The notes under the pieces: model-generated
Told to the model about the DNA's origin: nothing
Database searches by the model: none
The model's input: only the letters and a program-made list of their open reading frames with translations
Assembly (NCBI GenBank): GCA_963796685.1
Contig: CAWCMR010000025.1
Coordinates: 1,376,001-1,440,000 of the forward strand
Reading direction: 5' to 3'
Source: an uncultured delta proteobacterium
GTDB lineage: Bacteria; Myxococcota_A; Polyangia; Fen-1088
DNA: 64,000 nucleotides
Shown: piece by piece, positions 61,014 to 64,000 of the stretch
How positions within the stretch are numbered: the stretch's first letter is position 1
How the letters are laid out: each line of letters opens with the position of its first letter
Position numbers and translations under genes: made by a program

Positions 61014-63329
61014 TCACGGGCGCGACAGAAAACGCGCGAGCACGGTCTTGGCGCCCACGCTGGCGAAGCGCACAGTCACCTTCAGATCCGCACCCGAGGA
61101 CTGCCAGGCTCGCACCTCCCCGATGCCGAACTGGGCGTGGCGAACCTTCACGCCCACGCGCAAACCGAGCTCGCCTTCGCCCGCGCCGCCCGGCGAGGCG
61201 CCTTCGTCGTAGTGGCGCGTGATCTCGCCGCGCGTGTCGGGCTTCGCGGCCGCAGGTCCGAATTGACCGCGGGGCTTGGCCGCGTCGCGGTTCCAGCGCC
61301 CCTGCCAAGGGCCGGCGCCCTCGGTGTTCTGCTCTTGATAGTTGCGCTGCGGGGTGACCACGTGCTCGATCCCGTCCGGCGGCAGGTCGCGCAGGAATCG
61401 GCTGGGGATACCGCCGAAGGTTTGCCCCGACAGCCGCCGCCAGCGCGCGCGACACAGGTGCAGGCGCTTGCGCGCACGCGTGACCGCGACGTAACACAGG
61501 CGTCGCTCTTCCTCCATGGCGCCGTCGTCGTCGATGCTGCGCTGGTGCGGGAACGTGCCCTCTTCCAGCCCGGTCACGAACACGACGTCGAACTCCAGGC
61601 CCTTGGCCGTGTGCACGGTCATGAGCGCGACCGCGCCCTTGTCGGGATCGTAGCCGTCGACGTCGGAGGCCAGGGTGATGCGTTCGAGGAAACCCGACAG
61701 CGTCGGCTCCTCGGTCTCGCGCTCGTACTCGCGCATCTGGCCGACGAGCTCGAGCAGGTTTTCCAGGCGGCCTTCCGATTCGATGCTGGTGTCGGCGGCG
61801 AGGAAATCGCGATAACCCGATTCCTCCAAGACCTTTTCCGCCAACTCGGCGGGCGGCAGCGCCAGCGACGCGCGCAACCTGCCCAGCAAGGCTTGGAATT
61901 CGCCCACCTTGCGCCGGGCAGCCTGACCCAAGAAAACCGGATCGTCCGCGGCGATGGCGATGGCCGCGCTCAGGCTGACCTTCTTGTCGTTGGTCAGGGC
62001 GATCAAGCGATCCACGGTGGTGTTGCCGATCCCGCGCGTGGGGGTGTTGATGATGCGCAGAAGCGCGATGGCATCCTCGGGATTTTGCAAGACGCGCAGG
62101 TAGGACAGCAGATCCTTGACCTCGGCGCGATCGTAGAATCGCGTGCCACCGACGATGACGTAGGGGATGTTGCGTACGCGCAGGGCTTCTTCGAGCACGC
62201 GCGACTGGGCGTGGGTGCGGTAGAACACGGCGAAGTCGCGGGGCGCGCAGTCCTTGGCCAGGTCGGCCTCGATGGTACCGGCCACGAATTCGGCTTCCTC
62301 GCGCTCGCTGTCGCCCTCGAACACGATGACGGGTGCGCCTGCCCCCTGTTCGGTGATCAGGCGCTTGGGCCGACGCTCCTTGTTGCGTGCGATCACCGCG
62401 TTTGCCGTGCGCAGGATGTTGCTGGTCGAGCGGTAGTTCTGCTCCAGCTTGATGACGCCCGCGCCGGGGTGATCGCTTTCGAAATCCAGGATGTTGCGAA
62501 TGTCGGCGCCGCGCCAGCGGTAGATCGACTGATCTTCGTCGCCCACCACGGTGATGCTGCCCGTGCGATGGGACAGGAAGCGCACGAAGCGGTACTGGAC
62601 GTTGTTGGTGTCCTGGAATTCGTCGACGAGCACGTGATCGAAGAGCTGGGCCAAGGCCGGAGCCGCGGGACAGTCCGCCTTGCACAGCTCGAGGGCCGAG
62701 AGAAGGAGGCCGCCGAAGTCGACGGCGCTGGCGGCGCTGAGGCGTTCTTCGTACAAGCGATAGGCTTTGCCCACCACCTCGTCGAAATAGTCGCCCGACG
62801 GGTACTGATCCGCACGCGTGCCCTGGTTCTTCGCACGGTCGATCATCGCGAGCACCTGGCGCACGGGGAAGGTCTTCTCGGGCACCTTCATGTCGGCGAG
62901 CACGCGCGCCATGAGCCGGCGCGAATCGTCGTCGTCGTAGATGACGAATTCCTTGCGGATGCCGATGGCCGTGCCGTAGAGGCGCAGGAGTCGCGCGGCG
63001 ATGCCGTGGAAGGTGCCAAGCCACATGCCGTGGGTGCCATGGCCGCCGAACAGGCGGTCGACGCGCTCCTTGAGCTCGCGCGCGGCCTTGTTGGTGAAGG
63101 TCACGGCCAGGATCCTGCGCGCATCGGCTCCCTCGCTGAGAAGGTGCGCCAGGCGATAGGTGATCACGCGCGTCTTGCCCGAGCCCGCGCCGGCGATCAC
63201 CAGCAAGGGTTGCGGCGGATAGAGCACCGCCTCGACCTGCGGTGGGTTCAGCTCGCGGCCGAGCGCGTGCGCAGAGAAGCGGCCAGCGGGTTCGCTCGCC
63301 GCGGTCGAAAACAAGTCCGCCGTGTCCAC
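61014..63329 (-). CDS. uvrD: UvrD/PcrA DNA helicase
   Basis: AGAGSGKT, TFTNKAA, VDEFQD, GDEDQSIY, NYRST, KGLEF, EERRLCYVAVTRA, C-terminal Tudor-like VRHAQFG. Confidence 0.95.
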   Translation of the reverse strand: MDTADLFSTAASEPAGRFSAHALGRELNPPQVEAVLYPPQPLLVIAGAGSGKTRVITYRLAHLLSEGADARRILAVTFTNKAARELKERVDRLFGGHGTHGMWLGTFHGIAARLLRLYGTAIGIRKEFVIYDDDDSRRLMARVLADMKVPEKTFPVRQVLAMIDRAKNQGTRADQYPSGDYFDEVVGKAYRLYEERLSAASAVDFGGLLLSALELCKADCPAAPALAQLFDHVLVDEFQDTNNVQYRFVRFLSHRTGSITVVGDEDQSIYRWRGADIRNILDFESDHPGAGVIKLEQNYRSTSNILRTANAVIARNKERRPKRLITEQGAGAPVIVFEGDSEREEAEFVAGTIEADLAKDCAPRDFAVFYRTHAQSRVLEEALRVRNIPYVIVGGTRFYDRAEVKDLLSYLRVLQNPEDAIALLRIINTPTRGIGNTTVDRLIALTNDKKVSLSAAIAIAADDPVFLGQAARRKVGEFQALLGRLRASLALPPAELAEKVLEESGYRDFLAADTSIESEGRLENLLELVGQMREYERETEEPTLSGFLERITLASDVDGYDPDKGAVALMTVHTAKGLEFDVVFVTGLEEGTFPHQRSIDDDGAMEEERRLCYVAVTRARKRLHLCRARWRRLSGQTFGGIPSRFLRDLPPDGIEHVVTPQRNYQEQNTEGAGPWQGRWNRDAAKPRGQFGPAAAKPDTRGEITRHYDEGASPGGAGEGELGLRVGVKVRHAQFGIGEVRAWQSSGADLKVTVRFASVGAKTVLARFLSRP

Positions 63330-63371
63330 GCGGACGTTATACAGACTGTGGCCGTGGCAGTCGACAGGATG

Positions 63372-63579
63372 AACCATAATCCCGCGATGACCGCAGAAGG
63401 TCGTAGCCGTGGTCGTGGCCGTGGCCGTGGCCTTGGCCGGTTGTCATTGCCGTCGGCCACGGCCACGGTAAGCCGTCTACGTCCACGACCACCTGTCATC
63501 GCTCCGATTGTGCGCGTGCGTCCGTCGTGGAATGGTGTCTCTTTCTGGTACCTTCCGCGCTGTCGCTCTTCTTGTCGCG
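63372..63579 (-). repeat. ~200-bp dispersed element with GTGGCC/CACGGC arrays, copy B
   Basis: Reverse-complement homolog of 40912-41107. Confidence 0.85.
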
Positions 63580-63603
63580 AGACTTGGATGCAGCGGCTCG
63601 TGG

Positions 63604-63999
63604 CTAGCCATTGGCGGTCGGCTGCAGCAGGCGATCCAAGATGAGGCCGAAGAAGTGGCTGCGTGCTTGGCGGAAATGCCAGCCGAGATGCTGGCCGCAC
63701 GAGCCGCACATGGCGTAGCGCCACGCGAAGCCGGGGAACCACGGGTACTCCAGGCTGTCCGGACCGATGATGGTGCAGCCCGCGGCGTAAGCGAAGCAAC
63801 CGATGTGAAACAAGAAGCCGGCAGGGTTCATGAACCTGTGCTCGTGGGCACCCTGGATGGCAATACGGTGGTCGGGGCAGGTGATGGCGATACCGCATGC
63901 GGCACAAGCGATGGCGCGCTCGGACCGCGTGCGATCCTCCAGCTCCGAGCCGGGTCCGGGAACGTCGGCAACCTCCGGGCTTCCGCCTTTGCGTAGTGC
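63604..63999 (-). CDS. Cereblon-like (CULT) domain protein, 5' end outside window
   Basis: CAAC...HEHRFMNPAG...GCF...WFPGFAW...CGSCGQHLGWHF...FFGLI; frame is open to the window end. Confidence 0.9.
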   Translation of the reverse strand, partial: ALRKGGSPEVADVPGPGSELEDRTRSERAIACAACGIAITCPDHRIAIQGAHEHRFMNPAGFLFHIGCFAYAAGCTIIGPDSLEYPWFPGFAWRYAMCGSCGQHLGWHFRQARSHFFGLILDRLLQPTANG

Positions 64000-64000
64000 G

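Overview
High-GC bacterial chromosomal window; gene content (TIGR02266-type PilZ proteins, Ser/Thr kinase and PP2C phosphatases, TSP3-OmpA protein, TrpB2) suggests a myxobacterium (Myxococcota), which is an inference. It is mostly housekeeping (folB, def, ribA, trpS, plsY, ppnP, bioB, truD, exbBD-tonB, trxA, hemC, dprA-topA-xerC-hslVU, uvrD/pcrA, SRP RNA). Mobile DNA: a complete group IIC intron (5851-7927) inserted in one copy of a hairpin repeat whose empty twin lies about 190 bp upstream, an intact IS4-family element with a 10-bp target duplication, two CTAG-bounded MITEs and several families of short intergenic palindromic repeats, often nested. The best candidate for an uncharacterised system is an operon of XPB/Rad25-like helicase, DUF790 (Bax1-like) nuclease and a VapBC pair behind a sigma54-like promoter. 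Eight apparent frameshifts in six genes can all be explained as +1 insertions at AGCT or GATC palindromes; this points to methylation-linked sequencing error rather than true pseudogenes. No CRISPR array, rRNA or tRNA was seen. All family assignments come from reading motifs by eye, not from database searches.
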